A stretch of DNA of 60,294 bases, from IMG/VR virus record IMGVR_UViG_3300030328_000938, positions 1-60,294 of that record. One strand, 5' to 3'. The DNA is from a virus. Its lineage: Duplodnaviria; Caudoviricetes. This document shows positions 8,020 to 18,669 of this stretch, one piece after another (the stretch's first letter is position 1; every line of letters starts with the position of its first letter). Made by a program: the position numbers and the translations under genes. The notes beneath the pieces were generated by a model. The model did not search any database, was not told the origin of the DNA, and saw nothing but the letters and a program-made list of their open reading frames with translations.

Positions 8020-8168
8020 TGTGGTTCTGGATACAAACATTTATAGATGAACATTATTTTCCTTTTGTGGAATTTATCTTAACTATGTTTTTAGTGCTTT
8101 TCTGGTCTATAATTAGTAGGCTAAGAAGAATAGAAAAAAAGATAGATGGAAGTTGGTGGCAAAATTAA
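8019..8168 (+). CDS. Small membrane protein (49 aa)
   Basis: MWFWIQTFIDEHYFPFVEFILTMFLVLFWSIISRLRRIEKK...; AGGAGG RBS; coupled. Confidence 0.6.
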   Translation: MWFWIQTFIDEHYFPFVEFILTMFLVLFWSIISRLRRIEKKIDGSWWQN

Positions 8169-8389
8169 TGCCGACTCCATTTATGTGTCACGATTGTGAT
8201 TCACCAACAATGAATAGTCATGGAGTTTGTGATGGTTGTATAGAACCAACGACTGCTGACGAATACAACAAGGAGTTATATGAAAAACCCAAAGAGAAAG
8301 GGAATTACCAAAGGGGATTTGGTAAGAGCCATAAAAGATATAGGCGAGAGACAAGAAACGCTTATGAAGTTAATAAGACAATTAAATGA
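8168..8389 (+). CDS. Small zinc-finger protein
   Basis: CHDC...CDGC; ATG at 8168 is TAATG-coupled. Confidence 0.55.
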   Translation: MPTPFMCHDCDSPTMNSHGVCDGCIEPTTADEYNKELYEKPKEKGNYQRGFGKSHKRYRRETRNAYEVNKTIK

Positions 8390-8537
8390 GAAGATTACTA
8401 TAGTTGATAATATTCTTGGCATTTATGTAGATTTTAACGGAGATACTGAAAAACTAAAGGAAAGAATAAAAGAAGTTAATGAAACACAAGCAAAAGAGAA
8501 TACTAGTAGTAATCCCGTATCTGAAGAAGAAGAGTAA
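8280..8537 (+). CDS. Hypothetical coiled-coil protein
   Basis: AAGGAG RBS; overlaps the previous gene. Confidence 0.6.
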   Translation: MKNPKRKGITKGDLVRAIKDIGERQETLMKLIRQLNEKITIVDNILGIYVDFNGDTEKLKERIKEVNETQAKENTSSNPVSEEEE

Positions 8538-8564
8538 CACTACTGTGACATCTTATCCCGGTCC

Positions 8565-10124
8565 GTGGCGAACATAAACACACAAAATGTAAACGCTGCG
8601 GAGGAAGCTCTTCATCTAGCTAGTAAGGACTTAATTGCCTTTGGTAAATTATTCCTGCCTGATGATTTCTTACGAAGTGAGACTCCGTTCTTTCATCTTG
8701 AGATGGCTGATTACATTGACAATAAAGAAACAAAGCAATTAGCAATTATCCTACCTAGAGGACATGGCAAAACTGTTCTAACGAAAGCAAGTATCATTAA
8801 AGACTTTTGCTTTTTAGATACCGATATGCATTTCTATGCTTGGGTGTCAGCTACACAAAGGCTATCCGTAGGTAATATGGATTACATCAAACACCACTTT
8901 GAGTACAATGAGAAAATCATTTATTACTTTGGTAAACTTAAAGGAAAGAAGTGGACAGAGGAGGATATAGAATTAACAAATGGTTGCAAACTCATTTCCA
9001 AGAGTAATGTCGCTGGGATTAGGGGAGGAGCAAAGCTCCACAAAAGATACGACCTCATCATCCTTGACGACTTTGAACATGAACAGAACACAATCACACA
9101 AGAAGCTAGAGCAAAAAACGCCAATCTGGTTACTGCCGTTGTTTACCCTGCTCTTGAGCCTCATACTGGTCGCCTTCGTGTCAATGGGACTCCTGTTCAT
9201 TATGATTCTTTCATTAATAACCTTCTTACTTCAAATGAAAAAGCTATTAAAGGGAACAAAGACTTCGCTTGGAAGGTTATAACCTATAAAGCCATATTGC
9301 CTGATGGGAGTCCATTGTGGGCAAGTTGGTTTCCTACTTCAAAACTAGAAGAAAAGAAGAAGTTCTATAGAGACTCAGGAACTCCTTCTAAGTTCTATCA
9401 AGAATATATGATGGAGGTACAAAGTGAAGAAGATGCAGTCTGGACTTACAAACATATTAAATACTATGAAGGATTTTATACCCACGAAGATGGAGTTAAC
9501 TACATTTCTATCGATGGGGAAAGAACTCCTGTTAATACCTTTATTGGCTGTGACCCTGCTACTGATATTGATACTAAGGAGTCTGACTTTAGTGTTATCA
9601 TGGTTGTTGCGGTTGATGTAAATAATAATTTATATGTATTAGAATATGAAAGACATAGAAGTATTCCTACATTAGGTGCGAAAGATAGTTCCAATAAAAT
9701 CATCGACAAGAAAGGTGTTGTGGATTTTATTATGGAACTTCACGAGAAGTACCATTGTACATCTTCCTGTGTCGAAGATGTGGCAATGAACAGGTCTATC
9801 TTTCAAGCCTTAAATGATGAAAGAAGAAGACTTAATAAATTTAGTATAGCAGTTATACCTGAAAAACCTGGGGGAACACAAAAGAGAAATCGTATCTATA
9901 GTGGTCTTTCTGGTCGTTTTTCAATGGGTGCAGTATATGTAAGAGAAAACCAGTTTGATTTAATAAACGAAATTGTTACATTTGGACCGAGAATGGCACA
10001 TGATGACACCATTGAGGCACTTTATTATGCAAATTTATTCGCTTTTCCCGCTAATTTATCGCAAAATAAGGAAAAAAAGTGGTATAAAAAGAAAAGAAAA
10101 GCAAAAAGTTGGCTTATTGCATGA
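8565..10124 (+). CDS. terL: Terminase large subunit
   Basis: Walker A PRGHGKT, Walker B LIILDD, GTP coupling motif, nuclease GCDPA and HDDTIEAL. Confidence 0.95.
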   Translation: MANINTQNVNAAEEALHLASKDLIAFGKLFLPDDFLRSETPFFHLEMADYIDNKETKQLAIILPRGHGKTVLTKASIIKDFCFLDTDMHFYAWVSATQRLSVGNMDYIKHHFEYNEKIIYYFGKLKGKKWTEEDIELTNGCKLISKSNVAGIRGGAKLHKRYDLIILDDFEHEQNTITQEARAKNANLVTAVVYPALEPHTGRLRVNGTPVHYDSFINNLLTSNEKAIKGNKDFAWKVITYKAILPDGSPLWASWFPTSKLEEKKKFYRDSGTPSKFYQEYMMEVQSEEDAVWTYKHIKYYEGFYTHEDGVNYISIDGERTPVNTFIGCDPATDIDTKESDFSVIMVVAVDVNNNLYVLEYERHRSIPTLGAKDSSNKIIDKKGVVDFIMELHEKYHCTSSCVEDVAMNRSIFQALNDERRRLNKFSIAVIPEKPGGTQKRNRIYSGLSGRFSMGAVYVRENQFDLINEIVTFGPRMAHDDTIEALYYANLFAFPANLSQNKEKKWYKKKRKAKSWLIA

Positions 10125-10597
10125 GATTTGAAGAAATTATAGAACATACTTTAAAGCATGAAGGAGGATATGTTGACGACCCTAAGGATTTAGGGGGAGA
10201 AACTAATATGGGAATTGCTAAAAGATTCTATCCTGATGTTGACATAAAGAATCTCACAAAAGAAGAAGCCATAGAAATTTATAAAGAAGATTATTGGGAC
10301 AAAAATAAAGTAGAGCAAGTCCCTGAAGAGTTAAGACATATTTATTTTGATATGTGTGTTAATCAAGGTAGGCGAACTGCTGTTAAGATATTGCAAATGG
10401 CTATCAATGGAAAAGGTGCTAATCTAGAAATAGATGGAGGCTTTGGACCAGCGACAAGAGGAGCTTTGAACCAATATACACCTTCGGCAAATAGAGTTCG
10501 GTGCTATAGATTAAAGCATTATTATGATTTAGTTAATCGAAAACCAGAGCAAGAAAGATTTTTGTATGGTTGGTATAGAAGGACAATAGCAGTATAA
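10121..10597 (+). CDS. Glycoside hydrolase family 108 lysozyme (endolysin)
   Basis: HEGGYVDDPKDLGGETNMGI motif; ATGA overlap with terL stop. Confidence 0.9.
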   Translation: MRFEEIIEHTLKHEGGYVDDPKDLGGETNMGIAKRFYPDVDIKNLTKEEAIEIYKEDYWDKNKVEQVPEELRHIYFDMCVNQGRRTAVKILQMAINGKGANLEIDGGFGPATRGALNQYTPSANRVRCYRLKHYYDLVNRKPEQERFLYGWYRRTIAV

Positions 10598-12834
10598 TGG
10601 CTAGAAAAGGTAGACCTAAAAAGGCTGAAATTGTTAGAGACTTATATAAGAAGACGAATACTTTTCATAGAAGAAAGTGGTATAACGATAGTCAGCAATC
10701 AGTAGATTTTTATTTAAACGACCAGTTATCACAAGCTGAAAGAGATGCATTAGTAGAGTCAGGTATGCCTGATTTTATTATTAATAGAATAACTCCAGCT
10801 ATAGACATAATGAAATACTTTGTTACTGCTAATAACCCTAGATGGCAAGCAGTAGGAGTAGATGGAAGTGACTCAGATATTGCTCATTTACATGGAACTA
10901 TTTCAGAATATTGTTGGCATTTATCAAATGGTAAATCATTATTTGGTCAAGTTATTCACGATGCTCTTACAAAAGGAATGGGTATTTTTGCTATATCAGT
11001 AGATACCAATGCTGATAAAGGGAAAGGGGAAGTTAGATTTACAAGTGTAGACCCTTATGATGTTTATGTAGACCCAACATCTAGAGACATTCAATTCAGA
11101 GATGCTAATTATATTATCATTCAAAAGAATATGACTAAAGAGGCATTGAAGAAATTGATGCCTAAATATAAAAGAAAAATCTCAATAGCAAGTGCTAGTC
11201 CAGAGGCTAAGCAAACATCTAATAGAGATAAAGATGCTAGTTATTCTATTCAACATACAGATATAGATTTTGCTGATAGTTATAAACCTGATACTGCTGA
11301 GAGAGATGAGACAGTAGATTTTTATGAACTCTACGAAAGAATTAGAGTTGAATTTGTAAGCGCAGTTATTAAAACGCCTCCTACTCCTTCTGAGATAAAA
11401 GCAATACAAATGCAGATTGAACAAGAGATGGAAATGAATCAACAAGAGATTCAAGTCTCGTTAATGGAGAAACAACAAGAAATACAACAAGCTGTTCAAG
11501 AAGGAGAAATGATTCAAGAAAGAGCAGAACTTGAAATGCAAAAAGCACAACAAGAGGCAGAGGCTACTATTCAGGAAATGCAAAGAAGTCTTGAGGCTAG
11601 GCTTGTGGAAGCTAAGACATCTACAGAACAAGTTATTGTTGAGAAAGCAGTATTCGATGAATTTATGAAAGACGATGAGTATGCCTCGAATGTTATAGAT
11701 GCAGTTGATTTCTCAGAACAAAGAATTAAATTATCTTGTGTTGCAGGAGACCAGTTTCTATATGAGCAAACATTAGAAGTTGATAATTTTCCAATAGTCC
11801 CTATTTGTTATACACACACAGGAACACCTTATCCAATGAGTGCAGTAACACCTATGATAGGTAAACAACAAGAATTAAATAAAGCTCATCAAGTTATGCT
11901 TCATAATGCAAACCTCGCTTCTAATCTAAGGTTTGTTTATACTGAAGGTTCTATTGATGAAGATGAGTGGGAACAATATTCATCTGCTCCCGGTGCATTG
12001 CTAAAGCATAGACAAGGATTTGAACCTCCAACGATTGTTAATCCTCAGCCTATTAATAATGCATTTTTCACTATCACTCAACAAGGGAAAGAGGATATAG
12101 AGCATATATCTGGAGTTGCATCTCAAATGCAAGGTGTTGGTGAACCTCAACATGAAACTTATAGAGGTATGTTAGCATTAGATGAATATGGTACTAGAAG
12201 AATTAGACAATGGACTAATAATGTAGTTGAACCAGCTTTGGAATCACTTGGTAAAGTATTTATGCAAGTATCTCAGTTGGTCTACACATCAAACAAAGTA
12301 TTTAGAATTGTTCAACCTGAAGCAGGGCAACAAGATTCAGAAATACAACAAGCTGAAATAAACATTCCTGTTTATAATGATTTTGGTGAGGTTATAAAAA
12401 GATGGAACGATTATGAAAGTGCTAAGTTTGATATTAGAATAGTAGCAGGTTCTACACAACCTATCAATAGATGGGCATTATTAGATGAATATTTTAAATG
12501 GTTTGAAGCTGGTCTTATAGATGATATAGCAATGCTTGGAGAAACTGACATAAGGAATAAGAAACAAATTATGCAAAGAAAGTCTCTTTATTCTCAGTTG
12601 GAATCAACTATATCGCAATTACAAACAACTGTTAAAGACCAACAAGGAACTATACAAACACTTCAAAGGCAAGTAGTTCAAAGTGCAATTAAAGATAAAG
12701 TGAACGAAGCAGATAAAACAATACACAAGGCAACCACAGAGACAACTCAACAACAAAGATTGATACAGAATATAATGAGGTCAGACCTGCAAGGTGCTAA
12801 GAAAGAACAGGTTGCAAAAGAAGGTGAAAAATAA
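10597..12834 (+). CDS. Portal protein (P22-like, podoviral)
   Basis: Size and position after TerL; INRITP, DPYDVYVDP, QQELNK motifs; Gln-rich coiled coils. Confidence 0.85.
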   Translation: MARKGRPKKAEIVRDLYKKTNTFHRRKWYNDSQQSVDFYLNDQLSQAERDALVESGMPDFIINRITPAIDIMKYFVTANNPRWQAVGVDGSDSDIAHLHGTISEYCWHLSNGKSLFGQVIHDALTKGMGIFAISVDTNADKGKGEVRFTSVDPYDVYVDPTSRDIQFRDANYIIIQKNMTKEALKKLMPKYKRKISIASASPEAKQTSNRDKDASYSIQHTDIDFADSYKPDTAERDETVDFYELYERIRVEFVSAVIKTPPTPSEIKAIQMQIEQEMEMNQQEIQVSLMEKQQEIQQAVQEGEMIQERAELEMQKAQQEAEATIQEMQRSLEARLVEAKTSTEQVIVEKAVFDEFMKDDEYASNVIDAVDFSEQRIKLSCVAGDQFLYEQTLEVDNFPIVPICYTHTGTPYPMSAVTPMIGKQQELNKAHQVMLHNANLASNLRFVYTEGSIDEDEWEQYSSAPGALLKHRQGFEPPTIVNPQPINNAFFTITQQGKEDIEHISGVASQMQGVGEPQHETYRGMLALDEYGTRRIRQWTNNVVEPALESLGKVFMQVSQLVYTSNKVFRIVQPEAGQQDSEIQQAEINIPVYNDFGEVIKRWNDYESAKFDIRIVAGSTQPINRWALLDEYFKWFEAGLIDDIAMLGETDIRNKKQIMQRKSLYSQLESTISQLQTTVKDQQGTIQTLQRQVVQSAIKDKVNEADKTIHKATTETTQQQRLIQNIMRSDLQGAKKEQVAKEGEK

Positions 12835-12841
12835 TTATATT
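12812..12841 (+). promoter_or_regulatory. Candidate promoter for scaffold and capsid genes
   Basis: TTGCAA-N18-TATATT. Confidence 0.4.
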
Positions 12842-12855
12842 AAAAGGAGAGAAAT

Positions 12856-13758
12856 ATGAGTGAAAATACAAATAATGCTAACCCGCCTAAAGGAAACGAT
12901 GTGGACTTAAGTCAACATGAAGCTCCTTCGGTGGCTGCAGATTTAGAAGGCACTCCTAAAACGGATGATTTTTTCGACCAGCTTGATAAACAAGTTATGG
13001 GTTCGGTTCTTACTAATGAAGAGCCTAGCGCAGAAACATCGGTGGCAACTAGCCAAGAAGCAGTAACTCCATTGCAGGACTCTGTAGAAGGCGATGGCGT
13101 TGATTACGCCAAACTTGAGAAAAGGTATAGTGATTCTTCTCGTGAAGCACAGCGACTTAACCATCGCTTGAAAGAGTTAGAACCATATATGCCAGTTCTT
13201 GAGGCAATGAAAGAAGACCCTAATTTAGTTTCTCATGTGAGAGGCTACTTTGAGGGTGGTGGCTCAGCACCACAAGACCTAAAAACAGAACTCGGATTAG
13301 ATGAGGACTTTATGTTTGATTATGATGATGCAGTAGCAGACCCAAAATCTGATAGTGGAAAATTATTTCAAGCTACGGTTGATGGAGTTGTCCAACGAAG
13401 AATAAGTGAATTTGCACAAACACAAGCGAAGCAAAATGCTCAGAAGGCAGAGGAGAAATCTTTTAGAGCCTCCTACAATATTGACGATACTGAGTATAAC
13501 GACCTTGTGAACTATGCAAAATCAAAAAAACTTACTCTTGAAGATGTTTATTACTTGAAGAATAGAAACTCTCGTGACCAAAAGGTTGCTGAGAATGTTC
13601 AGAAAAGCAATATGGAACAAATGAGGAAAGCAAGAGAGGGTACTCCACAGAGTATCGCTAGTGTTGGAAATCAAGTTCCTGTTGAAACATCAGTTGATGA
13701 CGCAGTATTTGACCAGTTATTAGGTGTTGGTGATAAGTTGAGCGACCTCGGACTTTAG
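12856..13758 (+). CDS. Putative capsid scaffolding protein
   Basis: Acidic and helical; EKRYSDSSREAQRL; lies between portal and capsid. Confidence 0.7.
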   Translation: MSENTNNANPPKGNDVDLSQHEAPSVAADLEGTPKTDDFFDQLDKQVMGSVLTNEEPSAETSVATSQEAVTPLQDSVEGDGVDYAKLEKRYSDSSREAQRLNHRLKELEPYMPVLEAMKEDPNLVSHVRGYFEGGGSAPQDLKTELGLDEDFMFDYDDAVADPKSDSGKLFQATVDGVVQRRISEFAQTQAKQNAQKAEEKSFRASYNIDDTEYNDLVNYAKSKKLTLEDVYYLKNRNSRDQKVAENVQKSNMEQMRKAREGTPQSIASVGNQVPVETSVDDAVFDQLLGVGDKLSDLGL

Positions 13759-13802
13759 CAAACAACAATAACAACGGGTAAATCCCGTAAAGGAAAAGTA
13801 AA

Positions 13803-15323
13803 ATGGCTGACACAAGTTATCCTCAGAATACACCTCTGAAATTAGCAACTGCCTCAGGACTTTCCGAATCAAGTAAAGCTATTGCCGCGTCTGGTTTATC
13901 AACTGGTGACCTTAGGAGAAGATATGACTTCTCTGAGAGGTTTGCAGAATTAGCTATTGACCAAACACCATTCTTTAGATTGGTATCTGGTCTAGCAAAA
14001 GCTCCAGTAGACGACCCACAGTTTAAGTTCACAGAAAAGAGACAATCTTGGATGAAGCGTTATGCTTATGTCGTAGGTTGTATCAACTCTGGTTCTACTG
14101 ATGTCTTTAATGACGCGACAGTAACTGCTCATGGTGGAGACGCTTCAATGGCTCTTCAAGACACTTTGAAAGTGTACATGGCTACTGATTACAAGTCTGC
14201 AGGCAATCTTCAAAACATCTCCGGTCAAGCGAACGGAGCGATTGCAATAGGTGCGGCAGGAACAGCACCTGAATTTCTAATGCCTAACCAAATACTTCGT
14301 ATTAATGTCTCTGACACCGCTGGTGGTGGAGTTGCAATTAGCGATTATTTGCTACTAAAAGTAACATCTGTTGGTGCAGAAGCTACTAAGAATGGTATGC
14401 AAGTAAAGTTAGTTACAGGCGAAGTGGTAAGAGCTGCGAGTGGAGAGTATGCCTCATATTCGAGTAATGCTCCCGTTTCTCAGGCTTATGACAAAGACAT
14501 CGCAACCTCATTAGAGGCTATGAGGTCTTATGTTGTAGGTACTTCTTATGAAGAAGGAAGCTCACTACTTGGTAAATCATGGAAAGATAATCCATATAGT
14601 ACTGGTTATGGACAAACTCAGATTTTTAGGTCTGAATTTGGTATGACTAATACTGCAAGAGCAACTGCACTAAAGTATGAGCCTAATGAATGGGCAAGAG
14701 TATGGCGTGATAAGTTGATTGAACACAAATGGGAAATTGAATACGCAGGACTTTTTGGTTCTCAAGTTTCTGATTCCAATGCTGTTGGTCACACGCAGGG
14801 TGCAGTCGATTACATCTTGAAATATGGAAACATCTTTTCTTGGAGTACATCTAAAACTTTAGATGATTTCCTTGATGATATGTCTAAGTATTGTGACCCT
14901 CGTTACAATCAATCAAAAGCAACCGTATACTTCTGTAGTACTGATGTATATAATTGGTTACACAAACTTGGTGGTTTCTTTGCTAAGAACATCAGTATTG
15001 ATGACCAATTCCGTGCAGACTTAGCTATTACAGGTCGTAAGAAAGTTATGGGTCTAGATGTTACTACTATTAGTACTGTCTATGGCGACATGAATGTCTC
15101 ACGATGTATTGCTCTTGATGGTTCTAATGTAAAAATCTTAGGTATCAATATGAATCATGTTAAATACAGACCATTGGTCGGTAATGGCGTGAATCGTGAT
15201 ACTGCTATCTACGCAGGAGTACAATCACTAGAGAACTCTGGTATTGATAAAAGAGTAGATATGATTCTTACTGAGGCAGGCTTTGAATGGCAAATGCCTG
15301 AAGCACACGCAGTTTGGAAATAA
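13803..15323 (+). CDS. Major capsid protein (SU10/DUF5309-like HK97 fold)
   Basis: TPFFRLV, TQIFR, EHKWEIEYAGLFG and LTEAGFE...PEAHA motifs; position. Confidence 0.85.
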   Translation: MADTSYPQNTPLKLATASGLSESSKAIAASGLSTGDLRRRYDFSERFAELAIDQTPFFRLVSGLAKAPVDDPQFKFTEKRQSWMKRYAYVVGCINSGSTDVFNDATVTAHGGDASMALQDTLKVYMATDYKSAGNLQNISGQANGAIAIGAAGTAPEFLMPNQILRINVSDTAGGGVAISDYLLLKVTSVGAEATKNGMQVKLVTGEVVRAASGEYASYSSNAPVSQAYDKDIATSLEAMRSYVVGTSYEEGSSLLGKSWKDNPYSTGYGQTQIFRSEFGMTNTARATALKYEPNEWARVWRDKLIEHKWEIEYAGLFGSQVSDSNAVGHTQGAVDYILKYGNIFSWSTSKTLDDFLDDMSKYCDPRYNQSKATVYFCSTDVYNWLHKLGGFFAKNISIDDQFRADLAITGRKKVMGLDVTTISTVYGDMNVSRCIALDGSNVKILGINMNHVKYRPLVGNGVNRDTAIYAGVQSLENSGIDKRVDMILTEAGFEWQMPEAHAVWK

Positions 15324-15337
15324 TCTAAACTAAAAAT

Positions 15338-15398
15338 AGATGGCAACGCTTCCTTCCGCTTTTAACCCTCCTTTCTCCGGTTGGAAGCTGCGCCGTCT
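15338..15398 (+). ncRNA. Stem-loop displaying an anti-Shine-Dalgarno sequence (CCCUCCUUU)
   Basis: AGATGGC/GCCGTCT, GCTTCC/GGAAGC and CCG/CGG helices; loop contains CCCTCCTTT at 15366-15374. Confidence 0.6.
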
Positions 15399-15411
15399 TG
15401 TAAGGAATTAA

Positions 15412-18400
15412 ATGAGACTTTGGGAAAAAGTAAATAATGTAACTGGACATAAGTCTAAGTCTAGGTATCTTGTAGAATATATAAATGCAGGTGCAAAGTT
15501 TATTCTTAGTTCATTACCTGAAAAGTTTTTATGGACTGTGGCTAATGAGACAACTATAAATGGTTGGAACTCAAGTGATACTAATAATGATAATTTAGGT
15601 GCAGGTTCTAGTGTAGCCTATGATAAGATATTAGCAGTCTATAGATATGATAATGGGAAGAAAAGAGTGTGTGCAGAAGCACCTGATAATTCTATACACA
15701 TCTTTGATGAAGAAGGTAGTTTATTAACTGCAACTGAAATGTTCCCTAAGTTTTACAAGTTATCAGGAAAGATTTTTATAAAACCTGACCCTGACTATAA
15801 TGCTAGTAGTAGTAATAAGACTTATGTCCCTCTTGGTGGTACTTCTACTACATTAGCTAGTGGTGCAGGAGATAAAGGAATTGTTGTTTATTCTGCTCCT
15901 CCAGTAATTGACGAGAATACTGATAATTGGATATTGGTTGAGTATGAAAATATAGCATTAATGTACGCAGCGTCACTTGATTGCCTAAGACTTGTTACTC
16001 ATTATAGAGATTTATGTGAGTCAGAGATAGAAACAATCAATACTGCTACTACAGGTCTATTTGCTCAATTTAGAAATAAAGTACCTACTTTATCACTAAC
16101 TACAGATACTAATGGAAACAATATATCAATACCTATATTAGCATTAAATTGGAATCCAAGTGGTTCTTTACCTAGTTATAACTTTAATGAAACACTTCCA
16201 AGTTGGAATTTTAATGATAGTTTACCCTCTCCTTTGAGTGTGTCTACCAATTTACCAACTTTTGATAATAGTGCATTAACTGCTCCTAGTGCAATATCGG
16301 TATCAACGGCATTGCCTACTGCTATAAATCTATCAACATCATTACCTAATTGGTCTGGAATGGGAACTTTGGATACTGAAGTACCTGATTTTAGTGTAAG
16401 TACACCAGTACCAACTTTTGCATTTGCTAAAGAAGTTCCTGATAAAATTAATATAACTAAGGATTTACCCGGAGATTTTGAACTATCAAGACCTTTTCCA
16501 GTTCCAATTACTATTTCAGCTGATTTTCCTGCTGATATGGAAATAACTGTTGACTTTCCTGAGTTTTCTTTTACAGGAGTTCCACCTCAGCCAGTTACAA
16601 CATCAAAGCAATTACCTAATAGTATGTCTGCTGATATGACAACAGTACTTCCTACTTGGGATTTATCAACTGTTTTACCTAGTGAGGTGAATGTAACGGC
16701 TAGTTTACCTAGTGCATTTAACTTAACAAGTAATTTCCCTACTGATTTAGCAGTTGGTTCAAGACTTCCTAGTGATTTTAGCGTGAGTGCTACATTGCCT
16801 GAAGGGTTCAGTATTGATAGAACCTTACCTACATTTAGAGATGAGATATTTAATTTAGACCATTCTGAAGTAGATGAGGCTTTAGTAGAGGTAGACCAAA
16901 CATTAAAGACTGGTTTATTAGGTGCTAAGGATGATGCTGATTCAAGTAGTGGTGGACCAGAGAATACTTTTCCTAAGTCTCTAGCATATTGGCTAACTGA
17001 TGAAGACCCTGACATGGTTACTTCTACTACTCAAGCCGCGAACATTCAAATAAATAGAGCAAATGCTGAGATTCAGAAACAACAACAAAGATTAGATTCA
17101 TTCTCTAAGAAGATAAATACTGAGGTATCAAGGTTTAGTGGGTTAATTAATGCTTATAACGCAGATGCTCAGAATGAAAGAACAAGAGTTGAAACAGATG
17201 CTAACCTTTATAAAACATCAGTTGAGTCTGAAAGAACTAGAATTAATGCAGAAATAGAGAAATACAATGGTGATTTAAGTGCTGAGTCTAAGAGAATTGA
17301 TAGTCAGCTACAAAGATACTCTATGGAGTCTCAATCAGAGCAAACTAGGATTAATGCTGAATCGACTAAGTATCAATTAGAATTAGATAAAGAGAAAACA
17401 AGAATTAATACAGAATTAACAAGGCTTAAAACTGATGTTGAAAAAGAATCTACTAGGGTTACTACTGAGTTAGGTAAGTATCAGGCTGAAGTTCAGTTCT
17501 TAGGTACAAAATCTCAACAAGATATTGATATTTACTTAGGTGAATTAAATGGAGAGAGAACAAGAATAGAGGCTGAAACTACTAGATATACAAAAGAATT
17601 AGAGGCTGCGGTGGCAGTTAATAAGACAGAAGCTGAGAATTACTCTCTTGAGATACAAAAAGAGACTGCTCGTATTGAGAATGGTGTTAAAAGATACCAA
17701 ATAGAAATGGAAACTGAAGTATCTAGATACAGAGAAGAATTAAATGCATATAGCGCAGAGGTAAGTAAAGAAGCTGCGAGGTCTAATGTAGATGTTCAAG
17801 CGTATAATGCAGAGTTGCAAAAAGAAACTACTAGGATTAATGCAGATTTAAGTATATGGACTAATGAATTTCAAAAAGCAGTTCAAGAGTATCAGGCTAA
17901 ACTTCAAGGCTATCAAGCAGATGTAGCTCTCGAAACCACTACATTTAATTCAAATCTTGGTAAATGGAACGCAGATGTTGCATCAAGAGTTCAAGATTAT
18001 CAAATGGGTGTTACTAAATACTCTACTGAATTAGGTAAAGAGGGACAAAGACATCAATCTGAGACTGCTAAATATAATTTAGAACTTCAAAAAGAAATAA
18101 ATAGGATACAAAGTGATATAAATATCTTTCAAACAAATCTAAATAAGTTAGATGCTCAGTTTAAAAATGATTTAGCTAAGTATTCTACTGAGTTACAAAA
18201 AGATATTAATAGGGTAAATAGTGAAGTCGCTAAGTATAATGCATCTCTAGGTAAGTCAGCTCAAGAGTTTCAAGCCAATTTAAGTAAGTATACGAATGAA
18301 TTACAAAGAGAGGGTGCTAGATTTAACGGAGAAATAAGTAAGTACAATGCTCAAATTGGAGAAGAAGTCCAATCAATGAATAAAGATGTTGCTCAATTTA

Positions 18401-18669
18401 CTCAGGATATGGGTAAATACACTCAACTAGTACAAGCAAAGGCTTTAAAGTTTAACTCAGACCACGGTGAAGCAAAGACATATCTAGATGAAGCTACTAT
18501 GAGATTACAAACTAGTGGAAGTTATATGAATAAAAGTGGTTCTCTTTTTCAAGATTCTAGAGATTATTACCAAAGAGCAATGAATGAGTTAAGTGCAATA
18601 AGTGGAGCAATAACTGCACCAGCTCAGCAACAAAAAACACAAAGACAAGAACAAGGAGCTACTTCATAA
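15412..18669 (+). CDS. Virion structural protein with Pro-rich and 18-aa helical repeat arrays
   Basis: Follows the capsid gene; repeats visible in the translation. Confidence 0.7.
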   Translation: MRLWEKVNNVTGHKSKSRYLVEYINAGAKFILSSLPEKFLWTVANETTINGWNSSDTNNDNLGAGSSVAYDKILAVYRYDNGKKRVCAEAPDNSIHIFDEEGSLLTATEMFPKFYKLSGKIFIKPDPDYNASSSNKTYVPLGGTSTTLASGAGDKGIVVYSAPPVIDENTDNWILVEYENIALMYAASLDCLRLVTHYRDLCESEIETINTATTGLFAQFRNKVPTLSLTTDTNGNNISIPILALNWNPSGSLPSYNFNETLPSWNFNDSLPSPLSVSTNLPTFDNSALTAPSAISVSTALPTAINLSTSLPNWSGMGTLDTEVPDFSVSTPVPTFAFAKEVPDKINITKDLPGDFELSRPFPVPITISADFPADMEITVDFPEFSFTGVPPQPVTTSKQLPNSMSADMTTVLPTWDLSTVLPSEVNVTASLPSAFNLTSNFPTDLAVGSRLPSDFSVSATLPEGFSIDRTLPTFRDEIFNLDHSEVDEALVEVDQTLKTGLLGAKDDADSSSGGPENTFPKSLAYWLTDEDPDMVTSTTQAANIQINRANAEIQKQQQRLDSFSKKINTEVSRFSGLINAYNADAQNERTRVETDANLYKTSVESERTRINAEIEKYNGDLSAESKRIDSQLQRYSMESQSEQTRINAESTKYQLELDKEKTRINTELTRLKTDVEKESTRVTTELGKYQAEVQFLGTKSQQDIDIYLGELNGERTRIEAETTRYTKELEAAVAVNKTEAENYSLEIQKETARIENGVKRYQIEMETEVSRYREELNAYSAEVSKEAARSNVDVQAYNAELQKETTRINADLSIWTNEFQKAVQEYQAKLQGYQADVALETTTFNSNLGKWNADVASRVQDYQMGVTKYSTELGKEGQRHQSETAKYNLELQKEINRIQSDINIFQTNLNKLDAQFKNDLAKYSTELQKDINRVNSEVAKYNASLGKSAQEFQANLSKYTNELQREGARFNGEISKYNAQIGEEVQSMNKDVAQFTQDMGKYTQLVQAKALKFNSDHGEAKTYLDEATMRLQTSGSYMNKSGSLFQDSRDYYQRAMNELSAISGAITAPAQQQKTQRQEQGATS

